The notes: generated by a model not told the origin, from the sequence alone. Positions 1 through 13,398 are shown, counted from the whole stretch's first letter. The stretch: 63,943 bases of DNA, filler included, from Reticulomyxa filosa (GCA_000512085.1; 22 parts of 22 records of this genome joined end to end with filler, not necessarily neighbours in it); one strand, 5' to 3'. Program-made: numbers and translations.

Positions 1-20
1 TTTTTTTGCAATCTACTGTA
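1..20. mobile_element. Right terminal inverted repeat of a Tc1/mariner-type element, truncated by the window start
   Basis: TTTTTTTGCAATCTACTG-TA differs by one base from the right TIR plus TA at 55279-55298. Confidence 0.55.
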
Positions 21-170
21 AATCTCTTAAAAATTTTTTTTATTGGCGAATTTGAGCATAGTTTGCACCATAACATATTAAGATATTTTTTAAAGTTATT
101 TCAAATATTTTATTGTACGCTTTAAATATGAATTTATCTTTGAGCAAACACTAATGATAATTATTTTGGA

Positions 171-524
171 GTGCGTGCAGTGACTGGTGGGAGAAACTAT
201 CGTTTGTTATTTATCACTTATTTTGAAAAGAATATTAGTGTGTTTGATTTAAATACATTTCAATTTATTAAATATCATACTTTATCAACTGATTATTATA
301 TCGGTCGTCATTGCTTTGTATCAACTTCAGAAAATAGACAAGTACAAGAAATGATGAAAATAAATCAAGAAAAAGATAAACAAAATTATCAAATGCTGTT
401 GTTTTGCAGAAATACAGGATTATCAATTAAATATGATGACGAAGACAGTATTTTTCAATTTCATCAACTACCTGTTTGTGACAATATTTCATTATTCAAT
501 ATTGTGTTCGAACTTTACAAATAA
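171..524 (+). pseudogene. Fragment of an expanded kelch/beta-propeller-like family
   Basis: RAVTGG..LLFITYF..NISVFDLNTFQFIK...HCFV and QMLLFC..TGLSI.YD motifs; both ends appear to be missing. Confidence 0.6.
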
Positions 525-1895
525 AATTTGTATGGATCTATGATTTTGATCAAATTATTTTCAAATACATTAGAATGAAATAAAGTTAATTGATTTTTTT
601 ATGAATAAGTACAATTAAATATCTATTAATAATGTCTTTTTTGAATATTATTCGATTTTGGTTTTTTATTATAACAAAGACTGTTTTATTGACTAACGAA
701 TTACAGAAATTAAATCTGAAATTTCGGTGAAAAAATGTTGTTGTGTGACAAAGTTAAATCGCAATCAATCTTTTTCCAAATAAAATTATTATTATATAGA
801 AGACTTAATTGAGGCAATAAGATATACTAATTGCCATCATTAATGTGGACATTATAGTCTTGACACAAAAGAAAATGTTCCACTTATGGGCAAGTCGAAT
901 AGTAGTTGTACAACCAAACAAAAAGACTTTGAATATTGTCAAATCTTTCTCTTTATTGCTCAATAGACGCATCATCGTTCAGTGTATAAGCTACGCATTC
1001 TTTGTAAACCGTTTTATCCAATCAAAAGACAGAACCAAGAAACGCTTTGAATAAATAAAAGATATTATACATATAAAATATCATAAAAATGTAAGCCACA
1101 AACTTTGAAGTTTTGTAGTCCTTGCGCTGTTTTGCTCTTCAACCTTGGATGTACCTTTTGCGCTGTTTTTTATTCAAAAAACACAAATTCACCAAAAAGT
1201 CCACTTTACTCTTGCTGCTTCGGCACTTGCGCGTAAAAGGGCACTGTCCTGGAAGTGAATGTAAAAAAAAAATTGAAATAATAATGGCATCCAATCTCTC
1301 TTCAATATTAAATAATGATCTTCTTCAATATTGTCAACTATAGCCTTCCCAGCTGTCGTCATGCTGACACACATGCATAAGATTTCTTGCCGTACTGTCG
1401 GATCCAAAGCTACGAGACGTGTGATACAGCAAAACTACTGGATGTTGGATTAAAGACAAGCATGTCAATGTGAAAACAAACGGCAAGCGTGAATGATAAC
1501 ACGAATAGGCTTTATGTGTTATTACAATATATTATATATTTTTTAATGTTGTTTTTATATGATCCGAAATTTTCTTCTCTATCTCTCTAATCTCTCTTAT
1601 TTAAGAAAGGAGTGTGTTGCACATAACAAAGATTTCTTTTCAATTCATAATAACGATACTGTAAAATGTCCGTATATTGTATCTTCAGTCGTTTGCAAAA
1701 ATTTATGTACGATAACCCTCGATCTTGCATCTCACCAAACGTAAAGTTCCAAATAACTAGTGAGATTTTTTTTGTTTACTTTACTTGTTGTTCGANNNNN
1801 NNNNNNNNNNNNNNNNNNNNNNNNNNNNNNNNNNNNNNNTTAATTAATTAANNNNNNNNNNNNNNNNNNNNNNNNNNNNNNNNNNNNNNNNNNNN

Positions 1896-1925
<30 letters not shown>

Positions 1926-1927
<2 letters not shown>

Positions 1928-3408
1928 AACATCAATCGTTGCGATATGACATGGACTTAAAATTTGGAGTCGCGAAAGAACTGATGGATTTTGAACGAGT
2001 TTTATATCCCTGTGAATCTCGACTTTCGAGGCCGTGTGTATCCGATCCCTCCACACGTGAATTTGATCGGTAGCGATCTGGTTCGCTCTTTGATGATCTT
2101 CAAGAACAAGCGCCCGTTGGGTGAACGTGGGTGGTTTTGGCTTAAAGTGCATCTCGCCAACCGCTTTGGCTACGACAAGGTGAACAACGAAAAGCGTTGT
2201 CAATGGACCGAAGAGCGTCTGTCACAGGTGATGGAATGCGCCAAAGATCCATTGCGTCATCGCTGGTGGTTACGAGAGTCAACCGATCCATGGCAGGCCC
2301 TGGGCTGCATATTCGAAATCAAGAATGCCATCGATTCCGGAAACCCATTGACGTATGAGACTGGTTATGCTGTTTCTCAAGACGGTAATGTTTTCATTAA
2401 TAATTCATAATGAATGATTTCATAAATAAATAATTAATAAATAATTAATAAATAATTAATAATTAATAAATAATAATAATAATAGGCTCTTGTAACGGCT
2501 TGCAGCATTACGCGGCCATGTTACGTGATGAACGAATGGCTGCTTATGTGAATTTAGCGCCAAAGATAGAACGTGGCGATGTGTACTCGGAGGTAACAAA
2601 GTTGGTGAAACAAAAAGTTGCTGAAGACGCGAAAAATCCAGAATGTCCCAAACGCGAGTTGGCCGAGAAAATCAGTCCATTGATCACTCGCAAACTTCTA
2701 AAACAGTCGGTCATGACCTCCGTGTACGGTGTAACCGAATATGGCGTTAAAGGACAAGTAAAGAGGTGGCTAATGGATCCCACGGCTGTAAACAACTTTG
2801 AATTTCAAAAAGTATTTCCCGAATCCACGGAACAATATTTGAAAGAATGTGCCATTTATTTGGCCAAACATACTACCAATGCCATTGGACAGACCAACAC
2901 TCCTGCCTGGCTCTCCATGCTCTGGCTCAAAGATTGCGCAAAAAAGATCGCCAAACACGGCTATCGTGTGTGTTGGATGACTCCACTCAACTTGCCTTGC
3001 ACACAGCCTTATGCCGATGCCACGCTCCAAATCCCGACCTCATTGCAACGTGTCACTGTTCACACTCACGAAGGTGTACCCAACTTTATGAAACAATCCT
3101 CTGCTTTCCCTCCCAACTTTGTTCACTCTTTGGACAGCACCCATTGCTTGCTCACCGCCAGGGCCATGCACAGGCACGGCATGGAGTTTGCTTCTATACA
3201 CGACTCGTTTTGGGCTCACGCTTGTAATGTCGATAAATTGAACGAATTACTGAGGGACGAGTTCATTCATTTGCACTCACGACCACTCTTGCAACATCTG
3301 TATCAATCCTTTGTTACTCGTTATCCTGAACTTGATTTTGCTCCTCCACCACAACCGTCTTTTTTTGATTTGGAGTCAGTGCGAAAATCAGAATACTTTT
3401 TTAGTTGA
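1926..3408 (+). CDS. RPO41: Single-subunit T3/T7-type (mitochondrial) RNA polymerase, C-terminal part; intron 2385-2485
   Basis: Motifs DFRGRVYP, QDG|SCNGLQHY (restored by splicing the GT-AG intron), RKLLKQSVMTSVYG, PPNFVHSLD, SIHDSF and C-terminal YFFS. Confidence 0.95.
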
Positions 3409-3811
3409 ATACACACCATTTTTTTCATTATTATTAATTATTGCTATTATTTTTTATTATTGTTATCACAATCATTACTTTGCCTCTTTGTTGCTGTTGT
3501 TCTTATCCTGATGAACAGATTTTAGTTAGCTTTTTATTTCTGATGAATAAAAAAAACAACAAACGATGAGTGTTCTTTTGAGGTTATTTGTTGTTCGAAA
3601 TGAAATATTTGACAATCGTTGAAGGATTATCTTCAAGTTTCGCCACCTTTTTTTTCCCCTTCTCTTGCTTTATTGTATTGAAGCAGTTTTTGTGTGAACA
3701 AAAATGTATTGCAAAAATAAAGCTCAAGTGTCTTCACATCGTAAGAAGGGAAAAGAGTAAAGGGGAAGCTCTCGGTGATGATTGTACGTCATCATCATCT
3801 TCAAATCAAAA

Positions 3812-4877
3812 AATGAATTTGAATGATCAGGTATTAGTGCGATCCTCCAGCGGACGCGCAATCATTCCCTTGTCTCAACTCGAAACTTCCGCGTCTCAAA
3901 TAGTCTCAGTGGGGAACAACAACGTTGACAATGCACAAAACCAATCCGCCATACGAGAGATAAAAGATAACCCCCCACAGGACACGCGTCTGAATATTGA
4001 AAGGAAACACCAATTAATAGAGAAATATTTCATTCGCAAATTGGAAAGCTATCCGGAATGGGATGACATAGTGGACTTTTTTATTGGCGAGCTCATAAAA
4101 TATGCAAGTTTAAAGAGTGACAGCAACAGCAGTGAGATGGAGAAGAATGACGAGCTCCTACCTCGTGCATCAATGAAAGGTAAACCAGACAATGTGGAAT
4201 ACAAGATGAAAAGTCTAAAGACCAAGACAAGTATAAATACAAATACAAATACAAATACGAATACGAATGCGAATGCGAGTATGAATGTAAATGCAAGTAC
4301 GAATATCAATGCAAATATGAATACAAATCTAAGTGCAAATGCAAATGCAAATGCAAATGCAAATATAAATGTAAATGCAAAGAGAAGTAATATGAGTATA
4401 AACACGAAGAAGATGATATGGTACGAACGATACGAAACAGAAGAGGCATTGATACAACAAATCCGACGACTTCAGGCGCTGGATTACAATGGAATGAAGG
4501 ACTTGTTTCAAAAGGCTTGTAAGGAAGAGGAGAGCGTCGATGAGGAAGAGGAGGAGGAGGAGGAGCACGAGGACGACAATGAGGAAGAGATTGAAAACGA
4601 AAAAGAGGAGGACATGTTGGACCAATTTTATCTGATCGTTACGGCCACGTCGGCGCCCACACATGCAATTAATAAGAGCACGACTTCTCGAGAAGACGCT
4701 AATGTTTACGCCCGTTTGTTGTTTGACGTGATGAAGGACATTGCCATTCAGATTATCAAAACGAGATATTTAATGGACAAATACCCAATGATTTATGTGC
4801 CACGATCTTTTGGAAATGTAAGCAATGAAAAAAAAAAAAAGGGGGGGGGGAGATTTAAATAAATGAACAAACAAATG

Positions 4878-4909
<32 letters not shown>

Positions 4910-4921
4910 ACCCCAGCAGTC
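3812..4921 (+). CDS. Hypothetical protein with N/A/T low-complexity and acidic tracts (3' truncated)
   Basis: Long ORF with coding-like composition; probable GT donor near 4817. Confidence 0.6.
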
Positions 4922-5021
4922 NNNNNNNNNNNNNNNNNNNNNNNNNNNNNNNNNNNNNNNNNNNNTTAATTAATTAANNNNNNNNNNNNNNNNNNNNNNN
5001 NNNNNNNNNNNNNNNNNNNNN

Positions 5022-5067
<46 letters not shown>
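5022..5067 (+). rRNA. 18S: 18S rRNA 3' end (foreign, ciliate-like)
   Basis: GAAGTCGTAACAAGGTTTCCGTAGGTGAACCTGCGGAAGGATCATT. Confidence 0.97.
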
Positions 5068-5187
5068 TACACATTCGATCGTAAACCTTAGATTAGTGTT
5101 TGATGTGCTTCTGTTCTAACATTAGTTAGTCAGAAGTTCAATAAACCTATTCTCTAATTTTTATTTAACATGTCTTCATTATACCAG

Positions 5188-5333
5188 AAAATTTTCAACG
5201 ATGGATATCTGGGTTCCCATAACGATGAAGAACGCAGCGAAATGCGATACGCAATGCGAATAGCAGATCTGCGAGACATTAGATTTTCGAACGCACTTGG
5301 CGCTAGTTTACTAGCATGTTTGTTTCAGTGTGT
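5188..5333 (+). rRNA. 5.8S: 5.8S rRNA, flanked by ITS1 (about 5068-5187) and ITS2 (about 5334-5497)
   Basis: TTTTCAACGATGGATATCT...CGATGAAGAACGCAGCGAAATGCGATACG...TTCGAACGCA. Confidence 0.95.
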
Positions 5334-5497
5334 TTGGAGAGCATCATATCATCAAAAAGAATGTGATTGAGGCTTCGGCTTCTCTCATTAAATAAGAGAG
5401 TGTATGAGTCTCATACACAAAAATGAAGTAGTCACATCATTGTGATCTCATTTTTGTCGATTCTCTAAACAAGCACTCTATTATTTCTCCTTTTTTG

Positions 5498-6406
5498 ACA
5501 CCTGAAATCAAGCAAGATCACCCGCTGAACTTAAGCATATCAGTAAGCGGAGGAAAAGAAACTAACAAGGATTGCCTTAGTAGTGGCGAATGAACCGGCA
5601 ATAGCTCAAAGTGTAAATCTGAGGCATCAAGTCTTAGAATTGTAATCTATAGGCCTTTTAGGGAAGCCATGGTTCTAGCATAAGTTCCTTGAAAAGGGAT
5701 GCCAAAGAGGGTAAAAGCCCCGTATTTGGTTAGGACTGGGTGTACCGAAGGGTTCCAAGAGTCGGGTTGTTTGGGATTGCAGCCTAAAATGGGAGATAAA
5801 CTTCTTCTAAAGCTAAATATTTATGGGAAACCGATAGCAAACAAGTACTACGAAGGAAAGATGAAAAGAACTTTGAAAAGAGGGTTAAAAGACTTGAAAT
5901 CGTTGAGGAGAAAAGCGGTAGAAGAGAAATGATTTCATTTAGAAGTATGTAGTTATGTAGGTGTCTTCTGCGGTGATGGTACTTCATAGGGCCTAGCTGT
6001 AGACCGGCGTCGCATTGCTGCTTTTTCTGGGTGAAGTGCAAAATGAGGTCTCGCTTGCGGAAACGTCTCTAGGGAGGACTCTGGCCTTGACGCTGGAAGC
6101 CCTGGTCTCCAACGCAAGCCTGGCCTGAGGGCTGCATCTGCAGATTTTGCAAAAAAGGCTTCTACTGACCCGTCTTGAAACACGGACCAAGGAGTCTACC
6201 ACAAGTGCGAGTTTTAGGGTGGAAAAACCCGACGGCGCAACGAAAGTGAGTATAAGGTGCGAATCCGTAAGGAGGCAGCATCGGCCAACCTTGATTTTCG
6301 AATGAAAGGATTGAGCAAGAGCATTTTTGGTAGGACCCGAAAGATGGTGAACTACGCTTGAGTAGGGCGAAGCCAGGGGAAACTCTGGTGGAGGCTCGAA
6401 GCGTTA
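5498..6406 (+). rRNA. 28S: 28S rRNA 5' part (D1-D3)
   Basis: ACCCGCTGAACTTAAGCATATC, ACCCGTCTTGAAACACGGACCAAGGAG, GACCCGAAAGATGGTGAACTA. Confidence 0.97.
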
Positions 6407-6559
6407 NNNNNNNNNNNNNNNNNNNNNNNNNNNNNNNNNNNNNNNNNNNNTTAATTAATTAANNNNNNNNNNNNNNNNNNNNNNNNNNNNNNNNNNNNNN
6501 NNNNNNAAAAAAAAAAAAAAAAAAAAATTTTTTTTTTTTTTTTTTTTTGCACACCCAAC

Positions 6560-6896
6560 TGCCCGCGTTTTCATGAAAAAATATGATAGTGGCGCATTGC
6601 ATGCTGTTAGGTTGGGGGATCCACCAGCAATGGAGTTTGATGTTGTCCGGTGTTGTCAAGTGGAGGTCTGTGTAGTCCAACCCCGTTTGCTTGGGATTTT
6701 GAAAAGGGCTTGGATTGTCTGATGTTTTCTTTGGCGGCACTGCTTCATTTAAGTACAACAGTTTTTCTTGATTTCGGTAGATTAAGTACAAAAATCCACT
6801 TGTCAAAAACACGGACATGCCCACAATCTGCTTCCAACTCATTCCGCTGCATATATAATACATAAAAAAAAAAAATATAATGGTATTTTGATTCAT
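6560..6896 (-). CDS. ABHD13/BEM46-like alpha/beta hydrolase, N-terminal part
   Basis: TM segment, then QEKLLY, GLDYTDLHLTTPDNIKLHCWWI and TIIFFHENAG; truncated at the linker. Confidence 0.85.
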
Positions 6897-7994
6897 CTTG
6901 TCAAAGATTAAATGTTTTCCTTATGGATGCTGCGAATCTATAGAAGAATTTTTATTTCGACGTGATCCTTCTTAAGCACTCTTTTTTTTTTGCTGGTGCT
7001 TAAGTTAAGTGTTTTGAATTGATACACAAAGCAACTTTTGTCAAATAATATTTCATTGAAAATGTTGTTCACGCGTTACAACGATTAATCTTCTTTTTTA
7101 ACATGTGCAAGTTGTCAACCAAGCAACAATTTTTAGGAAAGCATCAACAAAACTGATACAAAAACCGAATTGTGGGAAAGGAGTTAGAAAATGTTGCAAA
7201 AGTTTTGCATTTTGATTGTTTGTTAATATCGATTAATTTGATTATTGTACTGTTCCATGCTTTTAATATTAAAAATATTAAAAGTATTTTAAAGGAATAT
7301 TCACATTTTTGAAAACACTTTGTTTTTAATTGCTAAAATTGTTTATTATATGAAAGTAGCGCTTTTTTTTTCTTTTTAATACCTTTAATGGATGAAATGA
7401 CATTACTTCTCATTACCAGCTAAAAAAAGGTACAGCAATACATATGGTTCATTTTTCGGACTTTAATTCAACAAAAGCACGCTGAGCTCTCCGATCAAGA
7501 AAACATCACAACATTCTTCAAGGGGCGGACCTTAGAACAAAATATGTGTACTTCAGATGACTTCAAATCTTCCCAAATTTGCAAAGCTTGCTCGTTCATT
7601 AGTTTTATTGACCATATATATAAGTTAAAAAAAAATGCTTGTCAAATTGAGGAAAATGTGAGAAGAGAAAGGGGCTAAAGTTTTAAGTAGAGAACGTTTT
7701 GCTTGTAAACTGGTGTTGTCGTGTGATTAGTATACACGTATAGTGTGGCAAAGTCACTAAATATTTCTTTTCAAAAGTGATCCTCTTAGTGTTCTCTTTC
7801 CAAACTCCAATTTTTTTATTTACAAATGAGACAGTGTAAAATTATGAATTAGGTTTCTTTTTTTGAAAAGTCTTTGGTCAACTAAATTAATTCCCTTTAT
7901 TCGCTCACACACGTAAGCGGAAAGTTTTTTAAAAAGCCAGCCCAAGGAGCTGATTTGATAAATTTTGCTTCTCCAAAAAAACCGCATCAGAACC

Positions 7995-8633
7995 ATGACA
8001 CAAAGTTTGTGGGTTTTTTTTTGTTCGTTTGTAGTTTTTGAGATAAGGATTTGGTTTGGATTGGAAGATAGGTACCAACGAAAAAGTGTCGTTAGTAATT
8101 TATGACTTTGACCAAACCATTACTTGCGAACATCTTTACCAAAGATTGGAAGGAGGTCGGAAAGCTGACTTATGTGTGTGTGTTACGAAATAAAAAGTGT
8201 GTAAACTTTGGAAGAAAAGAGAAGGGGGAAAAAAAACAAAAAAAAAAACCCAGGTCAATCGGATGAATTGTCAAAAATGTCGGACGATTTATTGAGAGAA
8301 GTGTTTGGGGGTGAATTGCGAGTGAAGAGATTGAATGAGCATTTTCAGCGTGTGAAGGCGAAGGCAACAATAGCAATAATATCGTACGGATTTGTGTTAG
8401 TAATCGAAAAGGCATTGGAAAGAATGGGTTTAGGTGAATATTGGAAGAACAGCGTTATCATCGGCAGTGATTCGCAAGAGCTTATTCGAGCCAATGGTCG
8501 AAAAGCAAAACTAGTTGAAGATTTAAGACGCAAATATCAGTGTACCTCCAATCAAGTTTTGGCAATAAATACATATATATATATATATGTACATATATAT
8601 GTATTTGTGTTTATGTGTATGTATGTGTGGTCC

Positions 8634-8671
<38 letters not shown>

Positions 8672-9050
8672 GTTTTCGACAATTGTAACAAAACAAAGGT
8701 ACTGTTTGTCGACGACGACCCGATGAACATCCGCCAAGCGAATCTAGCGAATTGCTGCAAGACGCTGGAGATAACGTCGCGCCGTGGGATGACGGAAGAG
8801 CAGATGTGCGAGATCGAAAAGCAAGTGGGCTGGGATAGTTCAAAAACAGAGAGCTCGGCGACAATTGCAAGCAAATGGACCAATGCCACGGAAGACAACG
8901 AAGCCGACAAATCCAAGTCCAACCACTTAGTTAATGAAAGCAACAATGGCAACGAATATGCAAAAGCAAAAGCAAACACAAATGCAAATACTAATGTCAA
9001 TGCCAATGTCAATGTCAATGACGATAACAAAAACGAAGATAGTAATAATG

Positions 9051-9085
<35 letters not shown>

Positions 9086-9574
9086 CACACAAACAATACC
9101 AATAATGGTAACAGTAACAATAGCAATGGCAATAACACAAATACTGGCATTGTAATTTCTTCACCTCGGACTGTCATGGACGAATTTTCTCACAAAAACA
9201 AGTTTGTTTGTTTTGAAACTATTTGTCTGGCCTTTGAAAAACTCAATCTGACAAAAAAAAAATAGTTAAACAAATAAATAAATGATTAAATAAACAAATA
9301 AAAAATTGCAAAATGAAATGACAGCAAAATCAACGACGGAACGCAAACGACCGATGCCAGTGGGGGACGGACTGACTGGTCCAAATATGCTGTGACTGTG
9401 CCGAAAGACTTGGAAAAACTGTGGGATTCCAGAAATCGAAATAACTCGGACAGCTGCCAGGACAGTCCTGTTGTCGTTGTTAGGTCGGACTCACCACAAA
9501 TTAGTGACGACGATGAAGGACCTGTCTTGGGATTACCACCTGAAACTCCATTATCCAATCGTTCTTCAAAATAA
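7995..9574 (+). CDS. HAD-superfamily phosphatase-like protein, multi-exon, with an Asn-rich tail
   Basis: VVIYDFDQTIT (DxDxT motif I, about 8092-8125), IAIISYG (motif II), a conserved K, and VLFVDDDPMNI (motif IV); exon limits approximate. Confidence 0.75.
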
Positions 9575-10579
9575 GTTGTTTTTTTTTTTTTTTTTTGGTT
9601 TTGTTTGTTTTTGTTTTTAGCTCAATCCAATGTTATACATTTCACTTTTTTTTTTTTCTCCCGATTTTCCCACTCATTCACCCCCTTTTTTTTAAAAAAA
9701 AAAAAAAACGGACGTTTTTTTGTGCTTTTTCATTTGAGAAGCAGGCGCTTGTGCACATATATTGCAAGTCATATCTATTTGCATGTCATGAGATTGGATT
9801 GGAGTGTCTTTTTTCCCCCTTGGGCTCTTACTGCTTCTCTTTAGCCCTTTCTGCAAAACATTTCAAAAGTACCTCTGTTTTTGTTGTTCTGGTGTACTTT
9901 TTGTTTGCCTGTTTTTTCTTGATAATTGGAGACTCTTCCAAATAGGTTTCAATTTTTTGTTGTGTGCATTTGTTCACTTCTTCGATTTCAAACAGTCAAC
10001 ATCACCCACTTTGAAAATAAAAGTAAATTATTTGAAGCGTTTCGTTTTTTATTATGTTTGTGACGCATATCGACCTATTCTACCAAAACAAGAACGTAAT
10101 AATAACAAATTAATTAAGAAATAATATATTGGTAGCATTTTTCACATCGAAGTAAATACATGATTTTAAGATATATTGTAACTCTTCAGTTAAAATAAAT
10201 AAAAAAAAACAATTTCGATAATTTCACAGTTTACGAAGTTCTGTAACTTTTTATTTGTGTTAAGTAAAATATGGATCAAATGAAAAAGTATGTTTTACTT
10301 GACATTCTTCAATTTGTTTTATCGAAAATTTTGATGAGTTTTATTATTTGGTATCATTTAGATTGTATGTTCATACCATGTTTCTAATCAAGGCGCCAAT
10401 AAAGCACAAATATTTTATCGATTTATTCAGTTAATCAAACAAATTCAATACAATTTTCTTTTTTATTGTTTACTTTTGAAAAAGTTGAAATATTTTAATT
10501 TTTTAACTTGAAAACATAGATTATCACCAAATACGAATTGGATTTTTGGCTGAACTATAACACAAGTTCAAAATAGTGC

Positions 10580-11100
10580 TGCTATTTTTCTTCAATGCAA
10601 AAAATTTAAGAGAACATATTCCACCATCTTCTTCATCTCCTTTGATCAAATGTAACTACTCTTTATTTGATCGAATATCCCAAAATCGAATTGTATTATC
10701 CCATGATTCAGAACATATCACATTTGAATTACAGTCAACTTTGTTGTTATTTTTTGCTACAAATGAAAAATATTCGACAGCATATACGCCATTTGAATGT
10801 CCTTTGATTATTAAATTTGTTTACCAGATCGAATATCACACAAACGAACATTTTTATCTAATGATCCAGATAATATTGTATTTTCACAGTCATTAACACC
10901 AGATTCATTTAATCCATATTTTACACTCCTTAAAGCACTTTCATGTCCTTTGAATACAACTAAGTCTTTAGCTGTTTCAATATCCCATATGCAAATAGTA
11001 TGATCATATGCTCCAGAACAAATAGTATATCCACTACCACAATATTATTACTTTTACAATAGATTACAAATAAAACTAAACGCATAAAACATATATTATG
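10580..11100 (-). pseudogene. Decayed copy of the WD40 family
   Basis: Minus strand retains GYTICSGAYDHTICIWDIETAK and ICSESWDNTIRFWDIRS, with stops and frameshifts. Confidence 0.8.
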
Positions 11101-11263
11101 ATGATAATTGATTTTCTCCATGNNNNNNNNNNNNNNNNNNNNNNNNNNNNNNNNNNNNNNNNNNNNTTAATTAATTAANNNNNNNNNNNNNNNNNNNNNN
11201 NNNNNNNNNNNNNNNNNNNNNNATATTTTTAATTGACATTTCAAAATTTTGATATTTAAAATA

Positions 11264-11790
11264 ATGAAACATTTGATTGTTTTTAAGAAAAAAGTTGCTG
11301 TTGATATGCTGGTTGGTGGATCTGTTATTCGATCTTTATCAAAGAAATTTAATATCAGTATAGCTTCGATTCTCGCTGTCGTCATATAACCATAAAAAGA
11401 AAAAGCTGGATCTGGCAGGTTAGATAGTATTCATCATGTTACAAAACTAAAAAAATAATGTATTAGTTTAAAAAATAATAGAACTGATAAATTTTCATCT
11501 TAATTCACCAGACCTAAATCCAATTGATAGCATTTGGTGAATAATTAAAGTAAAATTGTAAAGGCGAAAATATTAACAACAAACAATAACTTTGTGAAAA
11601 ATTTGAAAAAATATTTGAAAAAACTGACACTAAACTATGTTAAGCTCTGGTTGAGCCACAAGGAAAATCAACAAAATACTAAAAACATTAAACTCATTTG
11701 ATTTTTTAAAATCATTTCAAAAAATCATATTTTTGATCAACCCAGAAAAAACTTATCATAAAACCAATTTAATATTTAAAAACTACAATA
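11264..11790 (+). mobile_element. Internally deleted Tc1/mariner transposase relic
   Basis: HTH-like MKHLIVFKKKVAVDMLVGGSVIRSLSKKFNIS, then KAGSGR, then NSPDLNPIDSIW (11502-11537), the Tc1 SPDLNPIE..W catalytic motif. Confidence 0.8.
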
Positions 11791-12415
11791 TTAGTATATA
11801 TTTTTTAAAAAAATTATGTTTAAATCTTTATTTTTCATGGAGAAGATCGATTCTCTTCATATAGTGCCATTTAGGTATGTCAGCTTTTTTTGCAATATAT
11901 TGTACACTTAGTCGTCTCAATATTCCTACACCAACAACTTGCGATTATTATAGTAAAATTGGAGATACTTACTATACAAACTTTACATATTACTAACATT
12001 TTTATTTTGTATAATTACGTTTTAAAAGTATCTATTCGTTTGTCATCAATAGTCTAATCGCATAATCGTTGGCTTGAAGTTTGCCGAAAAAGTCAAAAAA
12101 AATATTTCACCAATTTAGGACCGACAGTGCGACAAAGCGTACATAGCACATGACACGATCAGTGTTTACAAGTTTGGTACATCACAAAAACAGGAAAACG
12201 TAACAAACAAAGGGAACAAGCAAGGCAAAACAGTAATAGATAACAGTCGACCGGAAAATGTAATAGTTTTAGAAAAACACTCCCTTTGGAATGTAATTTC
12301 ACCCGTGTTACACTTTGCTTCATAACAAATTGTGATTTAAAGAAGAATGTGACAGTTTAAGATTTATTTTTTGTTTTAAAAAGACTTAGAGTACGATATA
12401 AAAATGAAAAGTAGT

Positions 12416-12916
12416 TCACAAATCTCTTTGCGCATTTATTGAATTTGTATTGTCTCGTTTGATAGATGAAGTAAACAATGCAAAGCATAGCAACATCAAT
12501 AGCAATAAAGCCAGAGCGACAACATTAAGTGGTTGTTTTAATAAAAAAAACCGCATAAGCGACTGAAAAAGGCATTCTCCAAGAATGTGAGTTTGAAAAG
12601 CTTTGAAAAGAGTCTTTTCATTTCCGACATTGCGTAAAGACTGAATCCATTCAGCCAATGGGCCAAAACCCGCAAAATATAACAACATTATTGTATGGCC
12701 ACACTGGTTTTGCATTCTTTCCCAGCGGTTGCCAAAAGATTTTTCATTTCTTGCAGTCACCAAAGATCCAAACGTTCCGTAAACTATCAATTCAACCACA
12801 CAAACACTTCCTGCAACAAAATTGCGATTCAAAAAGCAGCCAATCACGACGTACCATCCAAATAAAAGTTCTATAGTACAAAGAAACGCTAAGATTGTTC
12901 CTATTGTTGCGGACAT
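12416..12916 (-). CDS. Intronless multi-pass membrane protein of unknown function (possibly a pseudogene)
   Basis: 166-aa ORF with several hydrophobic segments. Confidence 0.4.
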   Translation of the reverse strand: MSATIGTILAFLCTIELLFGWYVVIGCFLNRNFVAGSVCVVELIVYGTFGSLVTARNEKSFGNRWERMQNQCGHTIMLLYFAGFGPLAEWIQSLRNVGNEKTLFKAFQTHILGECLFQSLMRFFLLKQPLNVVALALLLLMLLCFALFTSSIKRDNTNSINAQRDL

Positions 12917-13398
12917 TTGTGAATGTATTGTGTGAAGCCCCTACGTCTTCTTAGCAGTACTCGTGTCGTTCTTAAGGGAGTGACAGCTGTCTAACTTTGA
13001 CAATTTTTCACACCTGTGGGTTGGCATGACTTGTATTTATCACATCAAAAATTGAAAGAACTACAAAATATTGCTTTATTTTTTTGGATTAAGCAATCAG
13101 AAGTTTGTATTTGCACACTCCGTCAATAAGAACACTCCTTGCTTGATTACCTTGCATTTGATGACTATAAATTGTACACTTGACTTTTATCAAATTAAGT
13201 ATAATAATCTACCTTATCAAATTGATAAATCAAAAAGTTTTTAATTGTTATAAGCTTCAAACGCTCTCTTTTCTGCACTGTTGGCACTGAACAGCCTTCC
13301 CAACGCTTTCTTCGACCGAGTTTCTTGTCAAACTCCAAGAAAAACTCTTTTAACTTTGAATTCGCAATTAACGGCCTTATTGCAATCAAATTCGGGCC

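Noticed and set aside
1840-1851. Recurring TTAATTAATTAA palindrome as a biological repeat
   Set aside because: Always centred in identical N blocks; it is an assembly spacer
1926-3408. Phage or viral RNA polymerase
   Set aside because: It contains a spliceosomal GT-AG intron, ends in YFFS like organellar enzymes, and has no phage genes nearby
5170-6202. ORFs called within the rDNA
   Set aside because: Spurious frames over 5.8S and 28S rRNA
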